This document shows, piece after piece, positions 1-9,648 of a stretch of DNA of 32,000 nucleotides; the first letter of the stretch is position 1; each line of letters starts with the position of its first letter. The notes below the pieces were generated by a model. It was given only the letters and a program-made list of their open reading frames with translations, had not been told where the DNA came from and ran no database searches. Both the position numbers and the translations under genes were made by a program. The stretch lies in the NCBI GenBank assembly GCA_000175855.1, contig ACYB01000007.1:60127-92126 (forward strand), written 5' to 3'. Source of the DNA: Raphidiopsis brookii D9. GTDB lineage: Bacteria > Cyanobacteriota > Cyanobacteriia > Cyanobacteriales > Nostocaceae.

Positions 1-620
1 CTCCAATGGAGGACTGGTAGATTTCCTCAGCTGTTGACCAGGTAGATTGCCATTTGAGTATTTTCTCTTCCACAAACTGACGATCTTCCAAACTTTCTGG
101 AATTTTTTTGGTCAGTAGCTATTGCTTCCTCCAAATTTCCCGATTGGAAGCTCTTCTCCGCCAAATTTATAATGTCCCGTGACCACTCCTGCAATAGATC
201 ATTAATTTGCCCTCTTAGAGGATGATCCTGTGGTAAATCCTTCACTAAAGCTATAGCTTGTAATAAATCATTAACCGTCTGTTTGGAAGCAGCCAGGTTA
301 GCACAGTGGACGCGCATCGAAGCACTGGCTAAAGGCCAGAATATTCTAGGACAGTTAGGAGCGGAAGGTAGTTTAAGTAAGATAGCTACTGATATAATAC
401 CCATGGTGCTGGGAATAAACGCTAGCACCAAAAACCACCATATCCAGCTTTTCTTCCACATTCCTAATTCCCATATCTTATTGCGATCGCTATGCTGAAT
501 AGCGTTCCTACCGGATGATTGATTGACCTGGACTTCTGAATCTGGGGACAATCTTGGATTTTGCTCTGGTTTTGTGGTCTCAACCGGAGAAAAACCTCCT
601 GAAATATCCTGATCTGTCAT
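1..620 (-). CDS. Hypothetical membrane-anchored protein; 5' part of a gene that continues past the left edge, with the frame broken at the T7 run 103-109
   Basis: The 197-aa ORF 27..620 has one clear hydrophobic helix (WIWWFLVLAFIPSTMGIISVAILL). After the A7 run (T7 on the + strand, 103-109) the listed frame stops at 27. The frame reached by removing one base stays open to position 1 and reads like protein (..KIPESLEDRQFVEEKILKWQSTWSTAEEIYQSSIG). Confidence 0.5.
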
Positions 621-832
621 CTCTCACACCACACTAAATTGATTAACAGTCCATTTTGACAAATTTATCCTATCAACTCCAGAAGGTAGTGCGGGTGCGG
701 TCCAGTGTATAGACTGACACCCACCCACTCCGCTCTTTAAAACTTATCTAAAAGTATATACATCAGGGAATATGCTTAACTTAATTTTAGTATTGTTTTA
801 ATTCTAGTGTTATTTTACCATGTTAGAATAAT

Positions 833-1729
833 TTAACTTTTAAAATTTTGTAAATCCACAATTAGTTGAGCTAGATTATCAGTGCTTGCTTGATAAACAC
901 TACCGCAAAAATCGCAGGTAGCTTCAGCTCCGTTGTCCTTGAGAATCATATCTTGTAATTCGGACTCTCCCAACATTTTCAACGCTCCTAGCACGCGCTC
1001 AAAGGAACAACCACAATGAAAGCGCAGAAGCTGACTTTCAGGAAAAATTGTCAGCTCCATATCCCCCAATAAATCCTCAAAAATGTCGGTTAAGCTTTTA
1101 CCCGCTTGTAATAATGGTGTAAATCCAGATAATGCTGACACTCTCGATTCCAGTCTTTCCACCAGAACTTCGTCTCTGGCAACTTTTGGCAGAACTTGAA
1201 TTAAAATTCCTCCAGCTGCAGTTACACCGCCCGAACCAACAAACACACCCAACACCAAAGCGGAAGGGGTTTGCTCGGAGTTGACTAGGTAATGGGTAAC
1301 ATCATCCCCAATCTCTCCGGACACTAGTTCTACCGTACTAGAATAGGGATAGCCATAACCAATATCTTTAACTACATACAAATACCCTTTGCCCACAGCA
1401 CCTCCCACGTCCAGTTTACCCTTAGTGTTGGGTAGTAGTTCTATGGATGGGTTGCCCACGTAACCCCTGACTGTTCCATCCAGTCCAGCATCTACTAATA
1501 TACCCCCTAATGGCCCATCTCCCTTTACTCGCAGGTTAATTCTTGAACCAGAGCGTTTCATCCCTGAAGCCATTAGCAAACCTGCTGACATAGTTCTTCC
1601 CAGAGCTGCTGTAGCTACATAGGAAAGTTTATGGCGCACTCTTGCCTCTTCGACTAACTTTGTGGTGATTACACCGACCGCTCGAATGCCACCGTTTGCC
1701 GCTGTGGCCCGCATTAGTTTGTCCGCCAT
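833..1729 (-). CDS. hslO: Hsp33 redox-regulated chaperone
   Basis: 300-aa ORF with the N-terminal ATAANGGIRAVGVITT motif and a C-terminal Cys cluster (HCGCSFERV ... CDFCGSVY), which is the Hsp33 CXC...CXXC zinc redox switch. The ATG at 1729 (MADKLMRATAA) is preferred over the GTG at 1735. Confidence 0.9.
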   Translation of the reverse strand: MADKLMRATAANGGIRAVGVITTKLVEEARVRHKLSYVATAALGRTMSAGLLMASGMKRSGSRINLRVKGDGPLGGILVDAGLDGTVRGYVGNPSIELLPNTKGKLDVGGAVGKGYLYVVKDIGYGYPYSSTVELVSGEIGDDVTHYLVNSEQTPSALVLGVFVGSGGVTAAGGILIQVLPKVARDEVLVERLESRVSALSGFTPLLQAGKSLTDIFEDLLGDMELTIFPESQLLRFHCGCSFERVLGALKMLGESELQDMILKDNGAEATCDFCGSVYQASTDNLAQLIVDLQNFKS

Positions 1730-1905
1730 AAACACCTTTACTATTTACAAAAAACTGCTCAGGTAACCATTTGGGTTTAAACACTGGAGAAGATTCTTCC
1801 ATAATCATTATTTACTATATCATAGTTAATGCTGACTTCCATCTTAAAATTGGGGATTTAAACGGTTCATACCGTTCTTGCTAAAACTATAAAATAACAA
1901 CTATT

Positions 1906-2286
1906 ATGTTAGGAACCTTTCAACAAAGCCAATTGCGCATAGAAATAGAAGCATCCTCCCAGGCCATTCATGATAGTCTTGTCTTTCCTTCAAAATTACG
2001 TGAATGGCTGCCATTTGCAAGTCTTACCCCATCCATGCCAGAAAAATTGACCCCCGGTTTTGATTTCACTACTTCCATAGGATACGTAACCATATATCAT
2101 CATGTGGATGTTTTGAGGGTTAATTGTTTACGCTTACTTCTTAGTGGTGCTATTGATGGTTTTCATGAGTGGTACTGGGGAGAAGGTTGGCTACAGTCCC
2201 GATTGGAGGGTGTGTCAATGTTACCCTTGAATTTGGGTCAAACTCTTAGTTTGTTGAAACTACGTCATTTTTTGATCGCTCCCTAG
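1906..2286 (+). CDS. Hypothetical protein (126 aa)
   Basis: Clean ATG ORF filling the gap between hslO and the usp gene. Its stop abuts the stop of the convergent gene. I recognise no family motif. Confidence 0.45.
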   Translation: MLGTFQQSQLRIEIEASSQAIHDSLVFPSKLREWLPFASLTPSMPEKLTPGFDFTTSIGYVTIYHHVDVLRVNCLRLLLSGAIDGFHEWYWGEGWLQSRLEGVSMLPLNLGQTLSLLKLRHFLIAP

Positions 2287-2712
2287 CTACCCTTGTGACT
2301 TAACTACCAATACGGAACAGTGCGCTTCTTCCATTACTTGTGTACTGACGGAGCGCAAAACGATTTTTTTCATGCCTGTTAACCCACGATTACCAATCAC
2401 CACTAGATCGGCTTTATAAATATTTGCTAGTCTGATTATTTCATCCGCAGGATCCCCTGATACTAATTCTAGTTGGCTTTTTACCGCCAATTTTTCTTGG
2501 TAGGTTTGCAATTGCTTTTCTACCTGAAAATAAGACAATTTGGGTGAGTTTGGATGAGGACGATCAGCTGGCAATTCCGTGGAGTCCGATGATGGAAATA
2601 CATGACAAAGAATCACCCGCGCATTCGGCGAAATCTTAAGATTATCTAAGGTCTCCATCACTCTTTCCCCAATTTCTGAATCATCTAAAGCCACTAAAAT
2701 AGTATTTAACAC
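2287..2712 (-). CDS. Universal stress protein (UspA family)
   Basis: 141 aa. It has N-terminal ILVALDDS and C-terminal DLVVIGNRGLTGMKKIVLRSVSTQV...VLVV, the USP ATP-binding-type G-x2-G-x9-G(S/T) region. Confidence 0.85.
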   Translation of the reverse strand: MLNTILVALDDSEIGERVMETLDNLKISPNARVILCHVFPSSDSTELPADRPHPNSPKLSYFQVEKQLQTYQEKLAVKSQLELVSGDPADEIIRLANIYKADLVVIGNRGLTGMKKIVLRSVSTQVMEEAHCSVLVVKSQG

Positions 2713-2789
2713 CTCTTTTACCTCCTCAATTCAAAATCACCCTAGTTTTTTCAGTTTACCCCGTTCCAACTCATTTCTGTCCAATCTTG

Positions 2790-2826
2790 AAAAAAGGAAT
2801 TCCCCCGCAGTTGTAATCTGGGGGAA
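2790..2826 (-). terminator. Rho-independent terminator candidate downstream of hisD
   Basis: On the minus strand: stem TTCCCCC (2820-2826 rc) / GGGGGAA (2800-2806 rc) with a 13-nt loop, followed by TTCCTTTTTT (A6 at 2790-2795 on the + strand). It lies about 40 nt after the hisD stop. Confidence 0.55.
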
Positions 2827-2864
2827 TATGTATAGAACTGAGAAATCCTATCTATACCTCACTT

Positions 2865-4163
2865 TTAGCCATCAGCATCAAATCTTATACGCACTGAATC
2901 CGCATGAGAAGGTAAACCCTCCGCCATGGCTAAGGTGCTAATGGCATTGGCTACTTTGCTAAGTGCACTTCGGGAGTATTGTATAATACTTGAGTGTTTG
3001 AGGAACGTTTCTACACCCAAAGCGGAAGCATAACGAGCAGCACCGGATGTAGGTAGGGTGTGATTAGGACCAGCTAAATAGTCACCTACCGCCTCTGGTG
3101 TAGAATCGCCTAAGAAAATCGCCCCCGCATGACGGATATGCTCGATTAATGACCAAGGGTCTTTTACTTCCAATTCCAAATGTTCCGGGGCAAATATATT
3201 AGAAAATTCCGCCGCTGCTTCCAAGGATTCCACAATTACGACTAGTCCATAATGGGCGATCGCCTTTTCTGTGTCTATCCTTCTGGGATGATCTACTAAT
3301 TGTCTATCTACCTCTAACTGAACCTTTTTGGCTAAACCAGTGTCCGTAGTCAATAAAATTGCCGCTGCCATGGGATCATGTTCCGCTTGGGCTAACATAT
3401 CTGCCGCCAGATGTTTGGGATTAGCACTTTCATCGGCAATAATTAACACCTCACTCGGCCCAGCTAAGGAGTCAATACCCACAGTCCCATATACTAGTTT
3501 TTTGGCTAGGGTGACATAAATATTACCAGGACCTGTAATTACATCTACCTTGGGAATGGTTTCTGTACCGTATGCCAGGGCTGCGATCGCCTGGGATCCC
3601 CCAACGCGATAAATTTCGCCTACCCCAGCTTCTTGAGCAGCTACCAACACCGCCGGATTAATTACTTTATCACGACCCGGTGGCGTGACCATGACTATCC
3701 GAGGTACACCTGCTACTTTAGCTGGTATGGCATTCATTAGTACTGTACTAGGATAGCAGGCCCTACCACCGGGAATATATAGACCCGCCCTATCTACGGG
3801 TGTGTAGCGTTTACCTAAAACTACTTCATCTTCCCCAAAGTGCACCCAGGTTCTTGGTACTCTCTGACGATGAAAAGCTTCTATTCGTTCACAGGCCAGC
3901 CTAATTGACGCCAACAAATCCTTCGATATTTGTTGGTAAGCCACGTCCATCTCAGAACCTTTTACCCTCATCCCCGGTTCCAAGGTTTGGTGATCAAACT
4001 CGGCTGTGTACTGGAGTACGGCTTTGTCGCCCTGGTTTTTTACAGACAGCAAAACCTCTCGTACAGTTGCTTCTTTATTAAACACCTGTTCGTCATGGGT
4101 ACGTTCGCAGATGCGTTGTAGTTCGGATACAACATCTGCCTGCTGAGTGATAATTCGCAGCAT
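2865..4163 (-). CDS. hisD: Histidinol dehydrogenase
   Basis: 432 aa with HisD motifs: GPGNIYVTLAKK, AQAEHD, FAPEHLEL, GDYLAGPNHTLPT. Confidence 0.95.
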   Translation of the reverse strand: MLRIITQQADVVSELQRICERTHDEQVFNKEATVREVLLSVKNQGDKAVLQYTAEFDHQTLEPGMRVKGSEMDVAYQQISKDLLASIRLACERIEAFHRQRVPRTWVHFGEDEVVLGKRYTPVDRAGLYIPGGRACYPSTVLMNAIPAKVAGVPRIVMVTPPGRDKVINPAVLVAAQEAGVGEIYRVGGSQAIAALAYGTETIPKVDVITGPGNIYVTLAKKLVYGTVGIDSLAGPSEVLIIADESANPKHLAADMLAQAEHDPMAAAILLTTDTGLAKKVQLEVDRQLVDHPRRIDTEKAIAHYGLVVIVESLEAAAEFSNIFAPEHLELEVKDPWSLIEHIRHAGAIFLGDSTPEAVGDYLAGPNHTLPTSGAARYASALGVETFLKHSSIIQYSRSALSKVANAISTLAMAEGLPSHADSVRIRFDADG

Positions 4164-4671
4164 GGAGTAGTAAGGACAGTGCCAAAATTAGAATTTTTTC
4201 CCTTTTGATCATTAGTTTGGCTTTTTAGCCTTTCGGATAAACAGCTGCCACTAATTTTCTTCTCTAGCTTAACCTGCTTTTTTTTGTATACCACCATTAT
4301 TTCGACCTATCATTTATCGCTGTAAAAGCTCTAAAAACAGTTTGATAATCTTATACTCCCTAACCAGTCCTTGATATACTGGAGCAGTCTGGGGATCAGG
4401 TGGTATTAATCGTGAGTTTTTTATTGTTAGGGCCTATTATAACCTATTTTAAAAATCCCTGACCCCCATGCTATTGCCAATTTCTCCTGAACTGGAAATT
4501 TTTCTATCTTTAAATCAACTCTTTACAAAACTTTACAAAACTTTTGTTAAAAGTTGTAAAATTTTTCCTAAAATTTTTCTGTGGAATTGCAGCACTTGCA
4601 AATTTCGTGCTATCCTAGTATTTCTAGTAGTGTGTGTACATATTAATTGATAGTTTTTTTGGGAACTGACC

Positions 4672-4965
4672 GTGGCAAACACAAAATCAGCACTTAAACG
4701 CGCCCAAATCGCGGAGCGTAACCAACTGCACAACAAAGCATATAAATCAGCAGTAAAGACGCTAATGAAGAAATACTTTGCTGCAGTGGAAGCCTATGCT
4801 TCCAATCCTACGAGCGAGTCCAAACAGTTGGTCGATGAGAGGATGTCACAAGCCTACAGCAAAATTGACAAAGCTGTTAAAAGGGGAGTGTTGCATCCAA
4901 ACAGTGGGGCTAGAAAAAAATCTAGATTGGCGCGGAAGCTCAAACCATTGACCCAACCGGTTTAG
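4672..4965 (+). CDS. rpsT: 30S ribosomal protein S20
   Basis: 97-aa basic protein starting (GTG)[16 protein letters not shown], the typical bS20 N-terminus. It sits upstream of tatD-rpoB, as in other cyanobacteria. Confidence 0.9.
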   Translation: MANTKSALKRAQIAERNQLHNKAYKSAVKTLMKKYFAAVEAYASNPTSESKQLVDERMSQAYSKIDKAVKRGVLHPNSGARKKSRLARKLKPLTQPV

Positions 4966-4988
4966 GAGCCAGATATAGTTACTAATTT

Positions 4989-5007
4989 GTAATTCGTAAT
5001 TCGTAAT
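4989..5007. repeat. Heptamer tandem repeat GTAATTC x2.7
   Basis: GTAATTC GTAATTC GTAAT read directly in the rpsT-tatD spacer. Confidence 0.6.
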
Positions 5008-5141
5008 AGGAAAAAGCTAAGATAAGTCGTTAAATCAAAAAAACCGGTTGATTTTGGTTTAATGAGTACTTGAACCTGGTTATGGATTATGGATTAGCAA
5101 ATTATGGCAAATCACGAGTTGTTGTCACTGATAACCGAAAA

Positions 5142-6008
5142 ATGCAATTAATAGATAGCCACGTACATCTGAACTTTGAAACTTTTAAGCCAGATTTAGA
5201 AGCAGTGAGATACCGTTGGCAAGAAGCAGGGGTAGCGCACCTGGTGCATTCCTGTGTTCATCCAGGGGAATTTGCCAGCATTTGGTCTATAGCTAAGCAA
5301 TTCCCGGAGGTGAGCTTTGCCATTGGGTTACATCCTTTGGACGCTGATAGATGGGAAGAACACACGGGGGCTGAAATAAGAAATTCAGCTTACTTATCTA
5401 ACCAATCAAATGCGCCTATTGTAGCAATTGGGGAAATGGGACTAGATTTTTACAAAGCCAGCAACCGTGAGCAACAACATAAGGTATTTGAAGCCCAACT
5501 GGCGATCGCCACGGAATTAGATTTACCGGTAATAGTCCATTGTCGGGAAGCTGCTGTAGAAGCGAGAGAGGTGCTAGAAAAATGGCGAGAAAGGGAAGGA
5601 GAGAGGGTGCGGGGTGTAATGCATTGTTGGGGAGGAACACCGGAGGAAACCCAATGGTTTTTAGATTTGGGTTTTTATATTAGCTTTAGTGGTACAGTTA
5701 CCTTTAAGAATGCGAAAGCTATACAATCCTCAGCAGCGATGGTAAGTAAAGAGAGGATTTTGATTGAAACTGACTGTCCATTTTTATCACCCACACCCAA
5801 GAGAGGAGAGAAGCGTAACGAGCCAGCGTATGTAAGCTATGTAGCAGCGCAGTTAGCAAAAATACGAGGAGAACCCGTAGAATCCATAGCTGACCAAACG
5901 ACTGCCAATGCTTGTAGACTGTTTGGGATTAGACTGGAGGAAGGAGAAAACTCCGGGAGAAAAATTCGGCCAAATCCTGATATCGAGAATAACCTGGCGG
6001 ATCCTTGA
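5142..6008 (+). CDS. tatD: TatD-family metal-dependent hydrolase/DNase
   Basis: Motifs [35 protein letters not shown]. The ATG at 5142 ([10 protein letters not shown]) is preferred to the upstream TTG at 5070 given in the ORF track. Confidence 0.85.
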   Translation: MQLIDSHVHLNFETFKPDLEAVRYRWQEAGVAHLVHSCVHPGEFASIWSIAKQFPEVSFAIGLHPLDADRWEEHTGAEIRNSAYLSNQSNAPIVAIGEMGLDFYKASNREQQHKVFEAQLAIATELDLPVIVHCREAAVEAREVLEKWREREGERVRGVMHCWGGTPEETQWFLDLGFYISFSGTVTFKNAKAIQSSAAMVSKERILIETDCPFLSPTPKRGEKRNEPAYVSYVAAQLAKIRGEPVESIADQTTANACRLFGIRLEEGENSGRKIRPNPDIENNLADP

Positions 6009-6238
6009 TTTTTGGTGTCTCACAGCGAGTGTAGATGAGGTCTGGATAAGTATATGAACAGAGAATTAATGAGCAAAATGTACGTAATGAGTAGACAAAT
6101 CACCCACCACTCGTCAACAGTTAGCAGGAGCAAGGTTTCCACGTTTATCTAATTTTATTTTTTTATTGGGTTTTCTTATTGGGTTTATTCTCCCACCGTT
6201 CTCAAAACAAGTTTAACCAGGTTGACAAAGGTAGAGGC

Positions 6239-9200
6239 ATGAACAACGAAAATTATATGGAACCATCCTTTCTATTACCAGATCTAATTGAGATTCAGCG
6301 TTCTAGCTTTCGCTGGTTTTTAGAAGAGGGTTTAATAGAAGAGCTGAACTCATTTAGTCCTATTACGGACTATACAGGAAAATTAGAACTCCATTTTTTA
6401 GGACATAACTATAAGCTAAAAGAGCCGAAATATAGCGTAGAAGAGTCTAAAAGAAGAGATAGCACATACGGTGTACAAATGTATGTGCCCACAAGGCTTC
6501 TTAATAAAGAAACAGGTGATATTAAAGAACAGGAAGTATTTATAGGTGATCTACCCTTAATGACGGATAGAGGAACCTTTATTATTAACGGAGCCGAGCG
6601 AGTAATAGTCAACCAAATCGTGCGATCGCCGGGCGTATATTACAAATCAGAGATTGATAAAAATGGGAGAAGAACATATTCTGCCAGTCTAATTCCCAAC
6701 CGGGGGGCATGGCTAAAATTTGAGACAGACCGTAATGATTTAGTGTGGGTAAGAATAGATAAGACCCGGAAATTGTCAATCCAGGTACTACTTAAAGCAT
6801 TAGGACTGTCAGATAATGAAATTTTAGATGCTTTAAGGCATCCAGAATACTTTCAAAAGACCATTGAAAAAGAGGGACAATTCTCGGAAGAGGAGGCCCT
6901 TCTGGAGCTGTATAGAAAGCTGAGACCCGGGGAACCACCCACGGTGATGGGGGGACAACAGCTATTAGAATCGCGCTTTTTCGATCCCAAACGTTACGAC
7001 CTAGGTAGGGTAGGTAGATATAAACTTAACAAGAAACTACGCCTTTCCGTTCCTGACACCACTAGGGTTCTCACCCCAGGGGATATTCTATCCGCTGTGG
7101 ACTATCTCATCAACCTAGAATACGACATTGGTAGTATTGATGACATTGACCATCTCGGAAATCGCCGAGTTAGAAGCGTTGGTGAATTGCTTCAGAACCA
7201 AGTAAGAGTCGGTTTAAATCGTTTAGAGAGGATCATTAGAGAAAGAATGACCGTCTCCGATGCCGAAGTGTTAACACCAGCATCACTAGTCAACCCCAAA
7301 CCCTTAGTAGCAGCCATAAAAGAGTTTTTTGGTTCTAGTCAGCTAAGTCAATTCATGGATCAGACCAACCCCTTAGCGGAACTAACCCATAAACGACGCT
7401 TGAGTGCTTTAGGTCCTGGTGGACTAACCAGAGAGAGAGCTGGTTTTGCCGTGCGAGACATTCATCCCAGCCACTACGGACGCATTTGCCCTATTGAAAC
7501 GCCGGAAGGTCCAAATGCGGGGTTAATTGGTTCCCTAGCTACCCATGCTCGTGTTAACCAGTATGGATTTTTAGAAACACCTTTCAGACCCGTAGAAAAC
7601 GGAAGAGTTTGCTACGAAAAACCAGCTGTTTACATGACAGCAGATGAGGAAGATGATCTGCGGGTTGCACCTGGTGACATTCCCGTAGATGACAACGGAC
7701 AAATACTAGGAATCCAAGTACCCGTTCGTTATCGCCAAGAATTTTCCACCACTACTCCCGAACAGGTAGACTATGTAGCTGTGTCACCAGTACAAATTGT
7801 CTCAGTAGCCACCAGCATGATTCCCTTTTTGGAGCATGATGATGCCAACCGAGCCTTAATGGGTTCTAACATGCAAAGGCAAGCAGTACCCTTATTGAAA
7901 CCCGAGCGTCCCCTAGTGGGAACTGGACTGGAGGCCCAAGGTGCCAGAGACTCAGGTATGGTAATTGTTTCCCGTACTGATGGAGATGTGGTATATGTAG
8001 ATGCGACCGAGATTCGTGTTCGAGTGAAAGAAAAAGCCGCTCTTACCAACCGTGAAAGCGAAACTATTCCCCATAAACCCCAGGAAGTTAAATACGTTCT
8101 CTCCAAATATCAACGTTCTAACCAGGACACCTGTCTCAATCAAAAACCCCTAGTGCGGATTGGGGAAAAAGTCATAGCAGGTCAGGTATTAGCAGATGGT
8201 TCATCCACAGAAGGGGGAGAATTAGCATTAGGGCAAAATGTTATTGTTGCCTATATGCCCTGGGAAGGGTATAACTACGAAGATGCAATTTTAATTTCCG
8301 AGAGGCTGGTACAAGAGGACGTTTACACATCAATACATATTGAAAAATTTGAAATAGAAGCAAGACAAACCAAACTAGGACCTGAAGAGATTACCAGAGA
8401 AATACCCAACGTTGGGGAAGACGCCCTCAGACAATTAGATGAACAGGGGATAATCAGAGTAGGGGCCTGGGTAGAATCAGGAGACATTCTAGTGGGGAAA
8501 GTGACCCCTAAAGGAGAATCAGATCAACCACCGGAAGAAAAACTACTTAGAGCGATTTTCGGGGAGAAAGCTCGCGACGTGAGGGACAACTCCCTGCGGG
8601 TTCCCAATGGTGAAAAAGGAAGAGTAGTGGATGTGCGACTATTTACTAGAGAGCAGGGGGATGAACTTCCACCGGGAGCCAATATGGTAGTGCGGGTGTA
8701 TGTAGCCCAGAAACGTAAAATCCAGGTTGGTGACAAAATGGCTGGGAGACATGGAAATAAAGGCATCATTTCTCGAATTTTGCCCTTAGAAGACATGCCA
8801 TACCTTCCCGACGGCACCCCAGTAGATATAGTCCTTAACCCCCTAGGTGTACCTAGTCGAATGAACGTAGGACAGGTGTTTGAATGCCTATTGGGTTGGG
8901 CGGGTCACAACCTGGGAGTACGCTTTAAAATCACCCCCTTTGATGAAATGTACGGAGAAGAATCTTCCCGACGTATAGTTCACGGCAAATTATGGGAAGC
9001 TAGGGAAGAAACCAGTAGGGATTGGGTATATAATCCCGAAAACCCCGGCAAAATAATGGTTTATGATGGACGCACGGGCGAGCCCTTTGATCGTGCAGTC
9101 ACCGTGGGGATAGCCTATATGCTCAAACTTGTCCACTTAGTTGATGATAAAATTCATGCTCGCTCCACAGGTCCTTATTCCTTAGTCACCCAGCAACCCT

Positions 9201-9580
9201 TGGGTGGTAAAGCACAACAGGGAGGTCAAAGATTTGGAGAGATGGAAGTGTGGGCCCTAGAGGCATTTGGTGCTGCTTATACATTACAGGAACTGCTAAC
9301 TGTGAAATCAGATGATATGCAGGGACGTAATGAAGCATTGAATGCCATTGTTAAAGGAAAAGCTATTCCTCGTCCTGGCACTCCTGAGTCCTTCAAAGTG
9401 TTAATGAGAGAATTACAATCTTTAGGATTGGATATTGCGGTACATAAAGTAGAAACCCAAACAGATGGTAGTTCTCTAGATGTAGAAGTTGACTTGATGG
9501 CCGATCAAGTATCTCGTCGCACTCCTCCCCGTCCAACATACGAATCCTTTTCTCGTGATTCCCTGGATGAGGACGAGTAA
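6239..9580 (+). CDS. rpoB: DNA-directed RNA polymerase beta subunit
   Basis: The N-terminus [32 protein letters not shown] matches cyanobacterial RpoB. Other motifs are [36 protein letters not shown] and [26 protein letters not shown]. The ATG at 6239 is preferred over the TTG at 6179. Confidence 0.97.
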   Translation: MNNENYMEPSFLLPDLIEIQRSSFRWFLEEGLIEELNSFSPITDYTGKLELHFLGHNYKLKEPKYSVEESKRRDSTYGVQMYVPTRLLNKETGDIKEQEVFIGDLPLMTDRGTFIINGAERVIVNQIVRSPGVYYKSEIDKNGRRTYSASLIPNRGAWLKFETDRNDLVWVRIDKTRKLSIQVLLKALGLSDNEILDALRHPEYFQKTIEKEGQFSEEEALLELYRKLRPGEPPTVMGGQQLLESRFFDPKRYDLGRVGRYKLNKKLRLSVPDTTRVLTPGDILSAVDYLINLEYDIGSIDDIDHLGNRRVRSVGELLQNQVRVGLNRLERIIRERMTVSDAEVLTPASLVNPKPLVAAIKEFFGSSQLSQFMDQTNPLAELTHKRRLSALGPGGLTRERAGFAVRDIHPSHYGRICPIETPEGPNAGLIGSLATHARVNQYGFLETPFRPVENGRVCYEKPAVYMTADEEDDLRVAPGDIPVDDNGQILGIQVPVRYRQEFSTTTPEQVDYVAVSPVQIVSVATSMIPFLEHDDANRALMGSNMQRQAVPLLKPERPLVGTGLEAQGARDSGMVIVSRTDGDVVYVDATEIRVRVKEKAALTNRESETIPHKPQEVKYVLSKYQRSNQDTCLNQKPLVRIGEKVIAGQVLADGSSTEGGELALGQNVIVAYMPWEGYNYEDAILISERLVQEDVYTSIHIEKFEIEARQTKLGPEEITREIPNVGEDALRQLDEQGIIRVGAWVESGDILVGKVTPKGESDQPPEEKLLRAIFGEKARDVRDNSLRVPNGEKGRVVDVRLFTREQGDELPPGANMVVRVYVAQKRKIQVGDKMAGRHGNKGIISRILPLEDMPYLPDGTPVDIVLNPLGVPSRMNVGQVFECLLGWAGHNLGVRFKITPFDEMYGEESSRRIVHGKLWEAREETSRDWVYNPENPGKIMVYDGRTGEPFDRAVTVGIAYMLKLVHLVDDKIHARSTGPYSLVTQQPLGGKAQQGGQRFGEMEVWALEAFGAAYTLQELLTVKSDDMQGRNEALNAIVKGKAIPRPGTPESFKVLMRELQSLGLDIAVHKVETQTDGSSLDVEVDLMADQVSRRTPPRPTYESFSRDSLDEDE

Positions 9581-9605
9581 TTAATCTAATCACTAAAATC
9601 ACAAG

Positions 9606-9635
9606 CTTAGAACAACTTAGAACAATCTAGAACTA
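9606..9635. repeat. Tandem 10-mer CTTAGAACAA x2 plus a degenerate third copy
   Basis: CTTAGAACAA CTTAGAACAA TCTAGAACTA in the rpoB-rpoC1 spacer. Confidence 0.6.
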
Positions 9636-9648
9636 AATTTACTGAACT

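Noticed and set aside
689-731. Imperfect G/C hairpin (GTGCGGGTGCGG...CACCCACCCAC) as the hslO terminator
   Set aside because: The stem is imperfect and no U-tract follows on the minus strand. I did not list it as a feature.
4040-4736. Short ORFs in the hisD-rpsT spacer (4040-4297 -, 4468-4650 +, 4533-4736 -)
   Set aside because: They lie in AT-rich, repeat-containing intergenic DNA and overlap each other or real gene ends. They have no recognisable motifs.
5070-5141. Upstream extensions of tatD (TTG 5070), rpoB (TTG 6179) and sodB (TTG 18632) given by the ORF track
   Set aside because: In each case an internal ATG (5142, 6239, 18677) starts exactly at the conserved N-terminus of the family. 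The extensions are unconserved-looking peptides.
6222-6227. Consensus TTGACA as the rpoB promoter -35 box
   Set aside because: It lies only about 12 nt upstream of the rpoB ATG, too close to serve as a -35 element for this gene.
7771-8106. Antisense or shadow ORFs inside long genes (e.g. 283-498, 3328-3519, 3930-4121, 6409-6612, 7771-8106, 7952-8143, 8524-8817, 10184-10423, 11648-11896, 12161-12400, 13025-13219, 16429-16776, 17152-17382, 26611-26859, 27083-27292, 29310-29519, 30964-31161)
   Set aside because: All are fully embedded opposite, or out of frame with, strongly supported genes. They have low-complexity or odd composition and no family motifs.
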